From Azolla caroliniana (taxonomy: Eukaryota; Plantae; Polypodiophyta): a stretch of 51,662 bases of DNA. The stretch covers positions 1 through 51,662 of the forward strand of contig JBHGNT010000215.1 of NCBI GenBank assembly GCA_043228905.1. The letters run 5' to 3'. Below the pieces are notes generated by a model that did not search any database, had not been told where the DNA came from, and was given only the letters and a program-made list of their open reading frames with translations. The stretch's first letter is position 1; each line of letters starts with the position of its first letter. This document shows, piece by piece, positions 25,254 through 39,433 of the stretch. A program made the translations under genes and the position numbers.

Positions 25254-28200
25254 ATGACTAGTTCACTTCCAATTGAGAAGCTCGACAGAAGTAACTATAC
25301 ATCTTGGTCGTACAAGATGCACCAGTACCTGCTCGGACATGGATACTGGAGCTATGTCGATGGAGCAAATGATGTAGCACCCGAATCGACATACAAAGAC
25401 TTCCCAGCCTGGGAACAGTCGACAAGCAGAGTTCTCTACTACTTCGTGTCCTATGTGAGCGAACAACTCTTGAGCTACATTCAGGATGCAAGAACGCCGA
25501 AGGATGCTTGGGGAAATCTGAAAAAGATTTTCGCCACAAGCACCATAGCCAAGAAGCTCCAACTCCGACAAGAGTTGAGCAATGTGCATCAACGGAACAT
25601 GAATGTGGCTAACTACACCTCCAAGATAAAGGATATCTGTGATTCCCTCACCTCCATCGATGTGAACGTTGAGGAGGGTGAAATGGTGCAGATCTGCCTT
25701 GGAGGATTGGTGTTAAAGTTCGGAGCATTCCAATTTGCTATTTGTATAAGGGAGAATACATCGTTGTTTTTCGACTTGCAGTTGATGCTCCTTGTAGAGG
25801 AGAATCACGCGGGTGCGTTGAGACGAGTACGCACGCCGACAACAAGATGTTGTACACAGAGGGAAATAGGCCTCGTGGTCGTGGCGAACGAGGCGAGTCA
25901 GCGCGCAATGGAGGCAACCGACGGGAGCAAGGAAGAAGGCATTGTGGTGATGCCAACAGAAATTCCGGACCCTCCGGAAGCAAGGGGAATCAAGGAGGCG
26001 ACGAGAATTGGCAAGGGAAACACGTTGCAGAATGCCGGTATTGTGGCAAGAAAGGCCACAAGGAAAGTGAGTGCTAGAAGAAGCACGCCAATTCGGAGAA
26101 AACCGGATTTGGATCTGGACCGACCGAACAAGGAAATCAGCAACGGACGCACTACATCGAAGTATCCAAAAAAGTCGGAAAGGGGGAAGCCTTCGTGACA
26201 AGACACGAAGCGAACTCTATGGAGAAGACCACCCCGAAATCAGATGAAGTGTGGTACGTTGACTACGGAGCTTCAAACCATATGATGAACCATAATGAGT
26301 GGTTCTCATATCTAGAAAAACCGGAACAACTAGGAGTAGTTGCAATAGGAGACGACACTCCGCATCCGATCGTACATGTCGGTTAAGTTCCCGTCAGCCA
26401 CATCAGGTAGAAAGGGAAGCTAATGAACGTGTTACACGTCTCGACAATTAAGAAGAATCTAGTGTCGATCGGACAAATCGTCGACCAAGGGATGCAAGTC
26501 CGGTTCACGCATCTCGGGTGCTTCATCGAGGAAGAAGGCCAAGTTATTGCACAAGGGCGCAAAGATGGGAGGATGTTCATCCTTGACACCAATGACGTAG
26601 GCACCACCATGTTCACAAAAGGACAAAAAGTCGAGTCGAATATCGACTTGTGGCATAAGTGGATAGGCCACATCAACTACCAAAGGCTTCAGGACCTGCA
26701 ATCGAAACAAGTTGTGTTCGGATTGCTGGAATTCGGTGGTCGAAGGGCCCAAATTTGTGAAGCCTGCCAGCTAGGGAAGCAACACCAACTTCCTTTCCCA
26801 AACGAGCGTAATCGGAGCTGAAATAAGATCGACTTGATACATTCAGATGTATGGGGATTGGCATAGAACGTGAGTCTTGGCGGGAGTCGATATTTCGTCT
26901 CCTTTATCGATGATTACACCCGACACACATGGATCTACCTCATCGTAAAGAAGAGTGAAGTCTTCGATTGTTTCCGGAACCTCAAAAATCTTGCCGAAAG
27001 GGAAATAGGGAGGAAGATCAAGTGCCTGCAGTGGGATGGTGAAAAAGAGTACTTTTCCGGCCAATTCAACAATTATTTGCAACCAATGGGAATTCAACGC
27101 GAATTCAGTTGCAAGTATACGCCAGAGCAAAACGGCATAGCTGAAAGGAAGAATCGGTCAGTTGTGGAAGTAGTGCGGGCAATGCTGGAAGAAAAGAGCA
27201 TGCCCAAGTTCTATTGGGCCGAAGCAGTCCAAACCGTGGTCTACATCCAGAATCGGATTGGAGAAAAAGTGTCGGCACATGAGTTGTATTTCGGAAGGAA
27301 GCCAAATCTATGACACTTGAGGCTTTTTGGTAGCATCGCGTGTGTGTATGTGCCGAAGGAGAAGCGGAGGAAGCTGGACGTGAAAGCCGAGAAGTGTATC
27401 TTGGTCGGCTACTCGGAGGAACAGAAGGGTTATAAGTGTTATTACCCCTGAACCAAATAAGGTCACGTAAGTTGCAATGTTGTGTTCGATGAGTCCGCGT
27501 CTTAGTATTTGCCTCTGACTCCGGACCTCAACTCCAATCCGAGTTCTGAAGATGAGGTCTAAGAGGCTGAGATGCCTCATGATGAACGCGAAGTCGGAAC
27601 TCTTGAAGAGAGTTCGATCTCATTTCAGCTAAGTGGACCTAATGAGCGACTGAGTCGGTTTGACCAGTCAGATGAAGAGCCGACGAGTAGTGCACACTTG
27701 GTTGTGCATTCCCCGCGCGGGAAGCCGAAGAGACAACTTACGTGCAAAGAAAAGGGAAAGAAGAAGATGCCGGAGTATGGCATGGATAGGGACGAGTCGG
27801 ATCGATGTGAATCCGACTCCGAGAAGAGCAATGACGGGCCTTCAAGAACGAAGCACGCGTCGGCCAGAACGACCTCAACATCGGCTAATGAGCAATTACG
27901 CCGATCTACTTGCCAAAAGAACCCTGTTGTGTGGTTCGGATACAACGAGTACATGGCACATCACTATGCATACATGACATGTGTAGCAGAAGTGCGTGAG
28001 CCAGAGAGCTACGTAGAAGCAGAAAGGGCGCAAATTGGTGTGTTGCCATGGAAGAAGAGATGAACGCACTTGCAGAGAATGAGACCTGGGACCTAGTTGA
28101 CGCCCCCAAGGGTGTAAAGCCGATTGGATGCAGGTGGGTGTACAAGGTCAAGTACAAGACCGATGGCTTGGTCAACCGATACAAGGCCCGATTAGTAGCA

Positions 28201-30361
28201 AAAGGCTACGCGCAACAACACGGCATCGATTACGATGAGACGTTTCCGCCGGTCGTGAAGTTGACCACCATCCGTGTTTTGCTTGCGGTAGATGTGGCGA
28301 AGGGGTGGAACTTACATCAGATGGATGTAAAGAATGCGTTCCTCCCAAGGGTGTAAAGCCGATTGGATGCAGGTGAGTGTACAAGGTCAAGTACAAGACC
28401 GACGGCTTGGTCAACCGATACAAGGCCCGATTAGTAGCAAAAGGCTACGCGCAACAACACGGCATCGATTACGATGAAACGTTTGCGTCGGTCGTGAAGC
28501 TGACCACCATCCGTGTTTTGCTTGCGGTAGATGTGGCGAAGGGGTGGCACTTACATCAGATGGATGTAAAGAATGCGTTCCTCCCAAGGGTGTAAAGCCG
28601 ATTGGATGCAGGTGGGTGTACAAGGTCAAGTACAAGACCGACGGCTTGGTTAACCGATACAAGGCCCGATTAGTAGCAAAAGGCTACGCGCAACAACACG
28701 ACATCGATTACGATGAGATGTTTGCGTCGGTCGTGAAGTTGACCACCATCCGTGTTTTGCTTGCGGTAGATGTGGCGAAGGGGTAGCACTTACATCAGAT
28801 GGATGTAAAGAATGCGTTCCTGCAAGGTGAGCTTGAGGAACAAGTGTACATGGTACAACCCCCCGGATTTCACTCTGGAACGAACACTTCAGCGGTATGC
28901 CGGTTGAAGAAGTCCCTTTACGGACTAAAGCAAGCCCCACGTGCTTGGAACACGAAGATCACGCAGTGATTGGATCGGATGGGATTTGCGACATCCAAAT
29001 CGGACTCTTCATTGTTCGTCTGGCAAGGTCGACTTGGGCCGGTTAGTATTTTACTTTATGTTAATGACTTGGTCATCGCCGGCGTCGACGTAGATGAAAT
29101 TGATCGCGTAAAGCTCCAGCTTGCATCATCATTTGATATAAAGGACCTAGGGGACCTTCATTACTTTCTCGGGATCGAAGTGATCCGAACCCCCAAAGGC
29201 ATACTGATCAACCCACGACATTACGTGCTAAGTATGCTCTTCAAGTTCGGGATGGCAGACTGTAAGTCCGTCTCAACTCCTTTGGACAGAACCATGAAGC
29301 TTCACCCCGACTCCGGAAAGTTCTGCAACCTGAAAAGGTGAATCCGATAGATTGTCAGAAGCCTCATATACTTGACTATCACCTGGCCGGACCTCAGTTA
29401 CCCGGTTTGTTTGATTAGACAATTCATGGAGCGGCCAACCAAGGAGCACCTTCAGTGCCCGCAACGCGTACTCACGTACGTCAGTCGCACTAAGGACCAG
29501 GGACTACTATATCGGATTAGTATTGTCGCGTAGCTAGTCGGTTATACAGATGTTGATTGGGCCGGAAATGCCGGCGATGACCGATCCACATCTGGATTCG
29601 CGTTCTCCCTTGGGAGCGCCGCGATCGTGTGGAGTAGCAAGAAGCAGCCGACAGTTGCACTGTTGAGCACAAAGGCCGAGTATCGAGGAGTGGTTGTCGC
29701 AACGTGTGAAGCCATATGGCTGAAGCGGCTACTTAAGGATCTACATGTGGAGGTGTTTGGTCCAATGACAATCTATTGTGACAACCTTAGCAACATCCAA
29801 CTTGCGAAGAACCCCATCTTTCACGCCCGGACTAAGCACATTGAGGTGCACTACCACTTTGTCTGCGAGTGTGTCCTCTCTGGTGAAGTCGAACTTCAAT
29901 ATGTTTCGACGGATCGGCAGAACATCGACATCTTCACCAAGCCCCTTGTTCTAGACAAGTTGCGACAATTCTTGGGTGCGCTTGGGTTGTGGCACCTTGA
30001 CGTGCCGAACTTGAGGGGAAGAAAAGTCTCGCAAGACCACGGAAAGGAGCAGGAAAGGAGCGGAAGTGACTGCGACACCAAATCAGATGACGAATTTGAT
30101 TTAGGGTCGGCTAAAGAAGGCGAAGGCGGATCCGCGGAAGAGTCCAGAAGTGGACGAGAGGGTAGTAGCCAAAAGAAAGAGCTGGAGCCAACCAAGCATG
30201 GGGGAGATGAAGCCAACAAGGGCGAGAAGGACAAGATTGAGGATGAATTGGAGACAACCAATTCGGACAAAAGCGGAGACGAATCGGAGGCAGCCGATTC
30301 GGCTCGGATGTTTGATTCGGAGACGCCGAATCAACTGAAGGACAAGCGGAAGAAAGGGTAG
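25254..30361 (+). pseudogene. Copia gag-pol polyprotein, frameshifted
   Basis: [55 protein letters not shown] and HARTKHIEVHYHF, with multiple stops. Confidence 0.95.
28105..28821. repeat. 239-bp tandem triplication of the RT N-terminus
   Basis: Units start at 28105, 28344 and 28583. Confidence 0.96.
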
Positions 30362-30959
30362 CAAAAGAGGCGCCAACACCGTGATAGGAAGGGAGCTAGA
30401 GAAGGCTGTACGAGCAGACAAGCTGACTGTAAGGGTTGAGGCGCGCAAAATCGAATGGGTCGAGGAGCGCGAGCAAGGCGTGAAGTCAAGAGAAACCGGA
30501 GTGAAGGACCGGAAGAGCCTCAAGTTGAGCTTGAGAGGGAGTGTTGAGATACAAGCTCAACATTGGCCAGACCAATGCGTAAACTGGTGCGCAACAACAG
30601 GCCGGATCGGTGCGGAAACCGGGAGGCCTTTGAACAGATATTCCGTGAGGGAATATATTTGGGAGTTAGTGTAGGAGGTCAGTTATGAGCATTGAAGTAC
30701 GTGTCAATACTTTTGTCAGTCTGTATGGACTTGTATAAAAGTGCACTCTGAGCACATCCTATGTACAGAGTTTTACACATTATTTTGAATTTAGTTTTTT
30801 TCTGTGTGTTTTTCCCTCTCTGGCTCTCCTGCGTACGTTGTGTCTTAAGTTCTCCATTAAACCTGTTTTTCTCTGTCAGTATTCTGTGTTTTATATAGCT
30901 TCTACACTTAACATTTCACACACTAGTCTGCCTTAATTCCTGCCTCGTTTCTCACTAGT

Positions 30960-32570
30960 CCGTCTTTGGCGGAAAACAGCAGGGTCAACTCTTTTGCTGT
31001 TGGTACCCTCTCTTGGGTCGGCACCCAAATTCTGGTTTGGCCCCAACGAAAGCTAATCTGATTATGTTTCCAATTTTGTTTGATATTCGTTGAGCGCAAC
31101 CATGGTCATCCTAATAGCAGGGGGTACACTCCTGATGTGTCCTATGGTAGGAACACCGCCGAAATTTTGAAAGCATGGCCACCTACCACGATTCCTAGTT
31201 TTGACAACAATCCCAAAGGCCGAACTGATAGGGTGTTAGCCATGAGGAGCCAAAATGGGCAAGCTTGCCAAGTTGAGATCCCCAAACCCTTACAGGTATC
31301 TTTACTTATGACGTTTACCCTCAACCCACCATCAATTATGCAGCCTGATAATTCTTCCCCCTTGATGATGAGCTTTACGATGGTCCACAATCGTCGGCCC
31401 TGTAGTGGACTTAGTGAAGTGTGTCACAATGGCTTCTGGGTCCTCCTTAACTATTCTGGTTTCCACTGACTCTCTAAACCGCAGGACTAGGTTTAGCAAT
31501 TTGTGCATGAACATCATGATTTGGCAGACCACAAGGGCCTGCCAAATGGGGTCCTCATGCGTTGTTGCAATATCAATCAGCGTTGGTAGAGCAGCCGCGA
31601 CGATTATGCTCTCTTGCCTCATTCGGTTGACATTCGCATCATTCTCTTTTTCGACCCATACCTTCGCCGCCTTCTGGATTTCATCCTAAACCTCCCATTT
31701 TGATGTCTTGGCTTGACCAGTTGGCCCCTTGCGTAATGCCTCGGTTGTTGGCAATTAAAACAATGTATGCTCGATATGCCTCTTTCGATTGCCAGTAGAG
31801 CGACTATCTCCAATTTCCGTTCAGGTTCATCCCAGGGTCGCAGTTTATATTGGTATTGGCACATATAACGGGGCTTTCAACGATTATCGTGACAGTTGTT
31901 ACATGGTGGCCTTCGTTGTTCGTCATCAGGGTTGTCGTCTATTGGTCAAGAATTCGGGGTTGCCGATCACCTTCATGGTTTCTAAGTTCAACTTGACCAC
32001 CCTTGTCGTTCATAGGTCGCCTACTGTCATAACGGGTTTAGTGCCCATTATCATAGCAATCCTCGTGTCGATAGTTGTCTTCTTGGCGATCGTGGTCTTC
32101 CCAATACCGATATGTTTCTTATCGGGGTCGTTCATTATAGCGGGGACACTCCTGATCCTTATATCGATCGTCTTGTCGAAATCGATCATCCGACTATCGT
32201 TCGAGGTTTTGTGGTTCAATACGCCGAACCTGTGCCATGGGCCGATTTAGGAGGTTATATTCACATTGTTCTACGGTATGTGCCCGAGAGTGCCCCGGGT
32301 TGAGACATGCAGTGCATTGGATGGCCTCATGGAACCGTTCGTCTGTGCACTATCCAAGCGAAGGACACGATCAATGACGTTGTCAAGTGTTTGCCCGGTG
32401 AAATCAACCAATGTTAGGGTTGTTCGTAGGGGCTTGTGAAGGGTCGCTGAAAGGGTCTCCTTGACCTTTTTTGTCGGGGGCTGCGGTGTCAACTGGAGCT
32501 GAAGACTTTGGAAATGAATAACAAATTCTGAGACGGTTTCATGGCTGTTCTGGCTGATCACGTAAAACCT
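30960..32570 (-). mobile_element. Ty3/gypsy gag-protease remnant
   Basis: Gag (ISQNSHETVSEFVIHFQSL), knuckle CFNCQQPRHYAR, protease CIIDGGLRVNVIS. Confidence 0.8.
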
Positions 32571-32571
32571 C

Positions 32572-32995
32572 ATGAAGATCTTCGCGGCCAACATGACCGC
32601 AAGAAAGCTTCAACTCCGCCAAGATTTGAACGGTATACAACAGAGGGACATGTCAATCGGCAGTTATACCTTGAAGGTCAAGGAGTTCTGCAATGCCCTT
32701 GGGTCAATCAATGTTAGCATTAACGACAATGAAATGGTGCAGATTTGCCTCGAAGGCTTAACACCTCAGTTCGGAGCCATTCGGTCGGCAGTCCTCGCGA
32801 GGGAGAATCCTCCCTCCTTCGATCTCTAGTCGATGCTATTGTTTGAGAATAAACATGTTCGAAGAAGAAGCAATGCGTAAGAAGGACAAATTCTCTATTC
32901 GAACTTCGATGGAGGAAGAGGACAAGGTCATGGAAGAAGAGGCCGATTCAGCCAAAACCGACACAACCAAGAGAAACCCCAAGAACATAAATTCT
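32572..32995 (+). mobile_element. Copia gag fragment
   Basis: KIFAANMTARKLQLRQDLNGIQQRDMSI...EMVQICL. Confidence 0.85.
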
Positions 32996-33566
32996 TGTTG
33001 AGAATCAAGCTCAACCTAGCCTTGTCTGTGAACATACCTTTTGAGAATCTATGATTACTCAAAGGTCAAGAGTCATAGAACTACTCTCTACACATTAACT
33101 ATGTGTCATAGAATCATATACTATGACACATAACTAATGAGTTTCATATTCCCCATGACTAATGAGACTCCACATTCCCCAAGAGAGAGTGGTTGTTGTA
33201 GTTAGTTAATGAAGAGAGAGGGTGACCTTATATAAAGCTCCCTTCCTACTTCATAGAGGGTCGGTTGTCCTCCCTTGTAATGCTATATTTTTGTATCTCA
33301 TATTCCTTGTTAATATACATCTTCTTCTTGAGTAAATCTTTTTTTTTCATTCTATCTAATCTAACTTGTGTTTCTCTCCTCTCCTCTCTCTTACACACAT
33401 ACACACATGCACACATAACACACATCTCTTTTGCTGCCACATATCCTATTTTTTACATGGTATTAGAGTGATTTGGTAGCTCGATCTACCCCATTCACTT
33501 GTGTCGTGTTCTACACCGACGTGGCATGTCGATTTGCGTCCTTCTCCGCTTCTACGTATCTCTCCA

Positions 33567-36500
33567 TGAAAAAGATTATGTGGAAGAGTCGGACAAAACC
33601 AGCCTCGCGGATAGCAACAGAGAGAGAGATAGATTAACACACAGAGTGTACGCAGGAGAGAGAGAGAGAGAGAGAGAGAGAGCAGAACATTAAATATTCT
33701 ATTGCAAAACAATAATAGTTCTCTATATATACAACGTGCTCAACAACACTATTTATACAAGTCCTGAGAGGACTAACAGAAGTACGGTGTACTTCAATGC
33801 TCACTTGAGCGTCTGACACTAACTACGAGACTATTAACTAGGTAGTAGTCTAGGCTACTACTAGGCTTCCGGTTACTATTTGATCCAGCTAACCGGCTCC
33901 CCAGCACTCCAGCTTGCCGATCCGTCTCACCGATCCGGCTTCATCCTTCTGGATGCCGATCCAGCTCAAGCTTATTCAACCGATCCGGATCCGGTTGAGC
34001 TTGCCGCTCAACACTCCCCCTCAAGCTCAACTTGAGGTCGGATCGTAGTGTTAGTCTCCATGGAAACCGGTCCTTCCACCCACTCCTTCTGGCGTCACTC
34101 CGCGTCAATCGCGCTCCTCGTCCGGTCCGATCTTGTTTTCTGTGACCCTTCTGATTCTGCGTACCTCGACCTCCTCGGTCGGCTTGTTTGCTCAACATGC
34201 CCAATTCAGCTCCCTCGTTGCTGTGACTTCGGTGCTTGCCGATTCACCGATTCCTTTGTGCTGGCATCGACTTTCGTTGCCTTCTCGTCCTCTTGGCCTT
34301 GAATTGATCAGGTTCTTCCGAATCCGTCTATTGCACTGAGTCGGTTGTCTCCAACTCGTTCTAGCTCTTATCCGAATCGGTCGCTCCCAATTCGTCTTCC
34401 GGTTCCAGGCCCTTCACCACATCGGACCATGTCCAGGTCTTGGCCTTCTTCTTTCGGTCAGCTTTGTCCTTCTCGACTCTACCATCGCTACCGCTTGTTC
34501 CAACTTGTTTGGATGTGTCAACTTCCTTTGTCGACTCGGCTCCTTTCTTCTGCTTGTCTCTCCCTTTATCGGTTCTTCCCTCACCAGAGCAATCGGCAAT
34601 TTTTTTGCCTTTGCCCGTTCCAGTGTCTTTGCCCATTCTCCCCCTCAAGTGTGGCACGTCGAGATGCTAAAAACCAAGCATTTCGGTGAAGTGCTGCAAC
34701 TTGTCCGATCCGAGCGGTTTGGTGAAGATGTCGGCAACTTGCCGAACCGTATGAGCATACCAAAGTTCGACTCCACCGCTTAGGACGCGCTCACGCACGA
34801 AGTGGTAGTGCACTTCTATGTGCTTTGTGCGAGCATGGAATACAGGGTTCTTGGCGAGCTGCATGTTGCTTATGTTGTCGTTGTAAATCAAGATCGGGGT
34901 CGACACCTCGATCCGCAGGTCTTCCACCAGTCGCAGAAGCCAAATGGCTTCACAGGTAGCAACGGTAGCGCCCCAGTATTCAGCCTCAGTGCTCTAAAGG
35001 GCCATTGTTGGCTGCTTTTTGCTGCTCCACGCAACAGTCGCGCTACCAAGGGAAAACATATAGCCGGAGGTGGATCGGCGATCCGATGCATCACTGGCCC
35101 AGTCGGCATCGGTGTAGCCGACAAGCTCTTCGATTATACCATGCCGGTATAACAATCCCCGGTCCTTCGTACCGCTCACATATCACAATATCCTATGCAC
35201 GCACTGAAGGTGTTCCACGGTTGGCTTCTGCATGAATTAGCTCATCAGTCCGACCGGATGACTGATGTCGGGTCGGCTGATTGTCAAGTATATAAGGCTT
35301 CCAACGATTTTTTGGAACCATTTCTCATCGCATGTCAGTCCGGAGTTGGGACGGAGCTTCTGGTTCCAGTCCAGGGGTGTGGAGATCGGTCGGCATTCTG
35401 TCATGCCGAACTTGTACAACATATTCAACACATAGTGTCTTTACGAGAGAAATATGTTGTCGGGGGTTCAGATCACCTCGATCCCAAGGAAATAGGGAAG
35501 GTCCCCCAGGTCCTTCATCTCACATGCGCCCGACAGCTAGGACTTGACTCGACTGATTTCATCGAGTCTGGGTCCGGTGATGACTAGATCATCAACATAC
35601 AACAAGATGCAAACCAAACCGTCTAGACCTTGCCGGATGAACAATGAAGAGTCGGACTTGGAGGCGGCAAACCCCATCTTACACAACCGGTGCATGATCT
35701 TCACATTCCAAGCTCGGGGGGCTTGCTTCAGGCCATAAAGTGACTTCTTCAGCCAGCATACAACCGACTTGTTCATCTCCAACTGGAAAACGAGGGGTTG
35801 GATCATAAGGACCTTTTCTTCAAGGTCGCCTTGAAGAAATGCATTCTTCACATCCATCTGGTGAAGATGCCACCCCCTTGCCGCACCAACCGCCAGCACC
35901 ACACGAACTGTCGTCATCTTCGTTACTGGAGCGAAGGTCTCGTCGTAGTTGATTACGTGGGTCTGTGCGTATCTCTTCCCCACTAACCGGGCGTTGTACC
36001 GGTTAACTAAACCGTAAGCATTGTACTTTACCTTGTACACCCACTTACAACTGATCGGTTTATAGTGTCGGGGAGGGTTAACTACATCCCATGTATCGTT
36101 GGCATCAAGTGCCCGCATTTCTTCCCCCATAGCGGCATGCCAATTTGCGTCCTTTGCTGCTTCTGCGTAGCTCTCCTACTCACGCACTTCCGCCACCTGG
36201 TCATATATGCATAGTGATGCGCCATGTACTCATTGTACCCGTACCGCTTCACGGGGTTCTTCTAGCGGGAAGACCGTCGTAACTTGTTGTTACCCGGTTT
36301 GGGGCCCTTCTTGGCCGGTTCGGTCTTCGTTCCCGAAGATCCGCCTTCTTCCTTACTGGAGTCGGATCCACTCCAATCTTAGTCACCATTGTTGGTCTCG
36401 TGTTCGGGCATCTTCTTCTTCCCCTTCTCCTTGCGCGTGAACCGTCTCCTCGGTTCCTTGCGCGGGGAGAGCACGGTATAGTCTCTACTACTGGTCAGTT

Positions 36501-39427
36501 CATCATCCAACTGGTCTATCAGACCCAGTCGCTCATTCAACCCACTCAACCGAAACAATTCCGGACTCTCATCTAGAGTCTCGAACCCTTCATCTTCTAA
36601 CTGGACCGGTTCATGCTCACTAGCCTCATCCTCTGGTATCGGGTCGTTGTCGAAGGTCGGAGCCGGTAAGGCATACCATGATGCCGTCTCATCAAACTCA
36701 ACATCCCGGCTAACTCAGATCTGCTTCGTCCGGGGGCTATAACACTTATACCCCTTTTGCTCATGTGAGTAACCGACCAGGATGCATTTCTCCAAGTTTG
36801 CATCCAGCTTCCTCCGCTTCTCATCCGGCACATGCACATATGCAATGCTACCGAATATCCGAAGATGTCTCAAATTCGGCTTGCACCCGAAATACAACTC
36901 ATGCGTAGACACCTTGTCACCAATCCGGTTTTGGATATAGACGGCCGTTCGGACTGCCCCAACCCAGTAGAATTTGGGCATGCTCTTCTCCTCCAGCATC
37001 GCCCTTGCCGTGTCGATAATCAGCCGGTTCTTCATCTCGGCTACATCGTTCTGTTCCGGTGTGTACCTGCAACTGAACTCTCGCTGAATTCCGGTGTGTT
37101 GAATTGGCCGGAAAAATATTCTTTTCCGCCATCCGACCGTAGGCACTTGATCCTCCTCTCCGTTTCCCATTCAACCAAACTTCAGAGGTTCCGGAAACAC
37201 TCGAAGACTTCACTCTTCCGCTCGATGAGGTAGATCCACGTGTGCCGGCTATAGTCGTCGATGAAGGAGACGAAATATCGACTTCCGCCAAGACTCATGT
37301 TCTGTGTCGGTCTCCACACATCCGAATGAATAAGATCGAGCTTGTTACGGCTACAGTTTCGTTCAGTGGGGAATGGAAGCCGGTGTTGCTTCCCAAGTTG
37401 GCAAGCTTCACATACTTGGGCCTTCCGGCCACTAAACTTCGGCAAACCGAAAACAACTTGTTTCGTTTGCAAGTCTTGAAGCCTCCAGTAATTGACGTGG
37501 CCGATCCGCTTGTGCCAGAGATCAATATCCAATTCAATCTTCTGTCCTTTGGCGAACAAAGCAGTGCTGATGTCATTGGTGTCGAGGATAAACATCCTCC
37601 CGTCTCTGCGCCCTTGCGCAATGATTTGGCCCTCTTCCTCAATGAAGCACCCGAGGTGCGTAAACCGCACCTGCATCGCTTGGTCGACAATTTGTCCAAT
37701 TGACACCAGGTTCTTCATGATAGTCGGAATGTGTAATACGTTCATTAGCTTCCTCCTCTATTCGACATGGCTCAAAGGGACTTCTCCGACATGCACGATT
37801 AGGTGTGGAGTGTCGTCTCTGGTTTCAACAACTCCTGGTTGTTCCGGTTTCTCTAAGAAAGAGAAGCACTCTTCGTGGCTCATCATGTGATTCGACGCAC
37901 CGGAATCAACGTACCACACTTCCTCCGATTTGGAAGTGGTCTTCTTCATCGAGTTAGCCTCATGTTTCATCACCCAGGCTGGCCCTTTACCAGCTTCTTC
38001 GGTTTTGGATCCTCCCAATCCTTCTGCGTAGTGTGAGTATTGCCGGATCTGTCCGAATCGGCACCCTTCTTCCAGCACTCACTTTCTCTATGGCCCTTTT
38101 TACCACAGTACCAGCATTCCTTGTCGGCCTTTGCTTGGTGGCCTCCGGCACCGCCTTGACTCCCCCTACTTGTGAAGGGTCTGGAACTGCTATCGGCACG
38201 TTCTCTGTGTCTTCGGTCCTGCTCTTGTCGGCCGCTACCATTGTGAGCCGACTCGCCTCGTCCACCATGCCCACGGGGCCTTTCCGCCTCCGTGTACAAC
38301 ATCCAGTTGTCGATGGGTGCACTTGTTGATGCACCGGCGTGGTTCTCCTCTACAAGGAGCATCGACTGTAAGTCAAAAAATGACGGCGTATTCTCCCTTG
38401 TGCATACCGCCGTTAGGAACGCTCTGAACTTGGACACTAGGTCCGCAAGACAGATCTGCACCATCTCATCTTCCTCTACAGTGACGTTGATAGAAGCAAG
38501 TGAGTCACATATCTCTTTGATTCGGGCTGTGTAATTGGCTACCGACATGTCCTTCTGTCAGACATTGCTCAACTCCTGTTGGAGTTGCAACTTCCGGGCC
38601 ATAGTACTTGCCACGAAAACCTTCTTCAGGTTTCCCCAAACTTCCTTTGGCGTCTTGGCATCTCGGACATGGCTCAGCAGCTTGTCTCCGACACTAGACG
38701 CAAAGCAGTATATCACTCTGCTTGCCGCTTGTTCCCACACTGGGAAGTCCTTGTGTGCCGCATCAGGTGTTGTGTCATTAGCTGCATCAACATAGCTCTA
38801 GTAACCATGCCCAAGCAGGTATTGGTGCATCTTGTATGACCAAGATGCGTAGTTGGATTTGTCGAGCTTCTCCACCGGGAGTGAGCTAGCCATTCCTCTA
38901 TCCATCACTTCTCTTTCTGTTCTTACCGGGTCTTAGGGTTTGTCTTCAGATGCTGATGTCGGCTACAGAGGTTCTCAACCCTCGCGCTCTGATACCATGA
39001 AAAAGATTATGTGCGAAAGCGTTAGACAAAACCAGCCTCGTGGATAGCAATAGAGAGAGAGATAGATTAACACACAGAGTGTACGCGGGAGAGACAAAGA
39101 GAGAGACAGAGAGAGAGCAGAACGTTAAATATTCTATTGCAAAACAATAATAGTTCTCTGTATATACAACGTTCTCAATAGCACTATTTATACAAGTCTT
39201 GAGAGGACTACCAGAAGTACGGTGTACTTCAATGCTCACTCGAGCGTCTAACACTAACTACGAGACTATTAACTACCTAGTAGTCTAGGCTACTACTAGG
39301 CTTCCGGTTACTATTTGATCCAGCTAACCGGCTCCCCAGCTCACCGGCACGCTTGGTCACCGACTCGCCGATCCGGCTTCATCCTTTCGAATGTCAATCC
39401 GGATCCGGTTGAGCTTGCTGCTCAACA
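33567..39427 (-). mobile_element. Structurally complete Ty1/copia (family A), inactive
   Basis: LTRs 33567-34013 and 38998-39427; PBS reverse complement GCTCTGATACCA at 38986-38997; PPT reverse complement CTCCCCCTC at 34014; TSD CTCCA/CTCCG; gag-pol 38893 to ~34650 with stops. Confidence 0.96.
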
Positions 39428-39433
39428 CTCCGG

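Larger units (their letters stand above)
24754..30920 (+). mobile_element. Structurally complete Ty1/copia LTR retrotransposon (family A), inactive
   Basis: LTRs 24754-25144 and 30542-30920 (TG..CA); TSD CACTA on both sides; PBS TGGTATTAGAGC at 25145; PPT before 30542; gag-PR-INT-RT-RH order. Confidence 0.97.
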
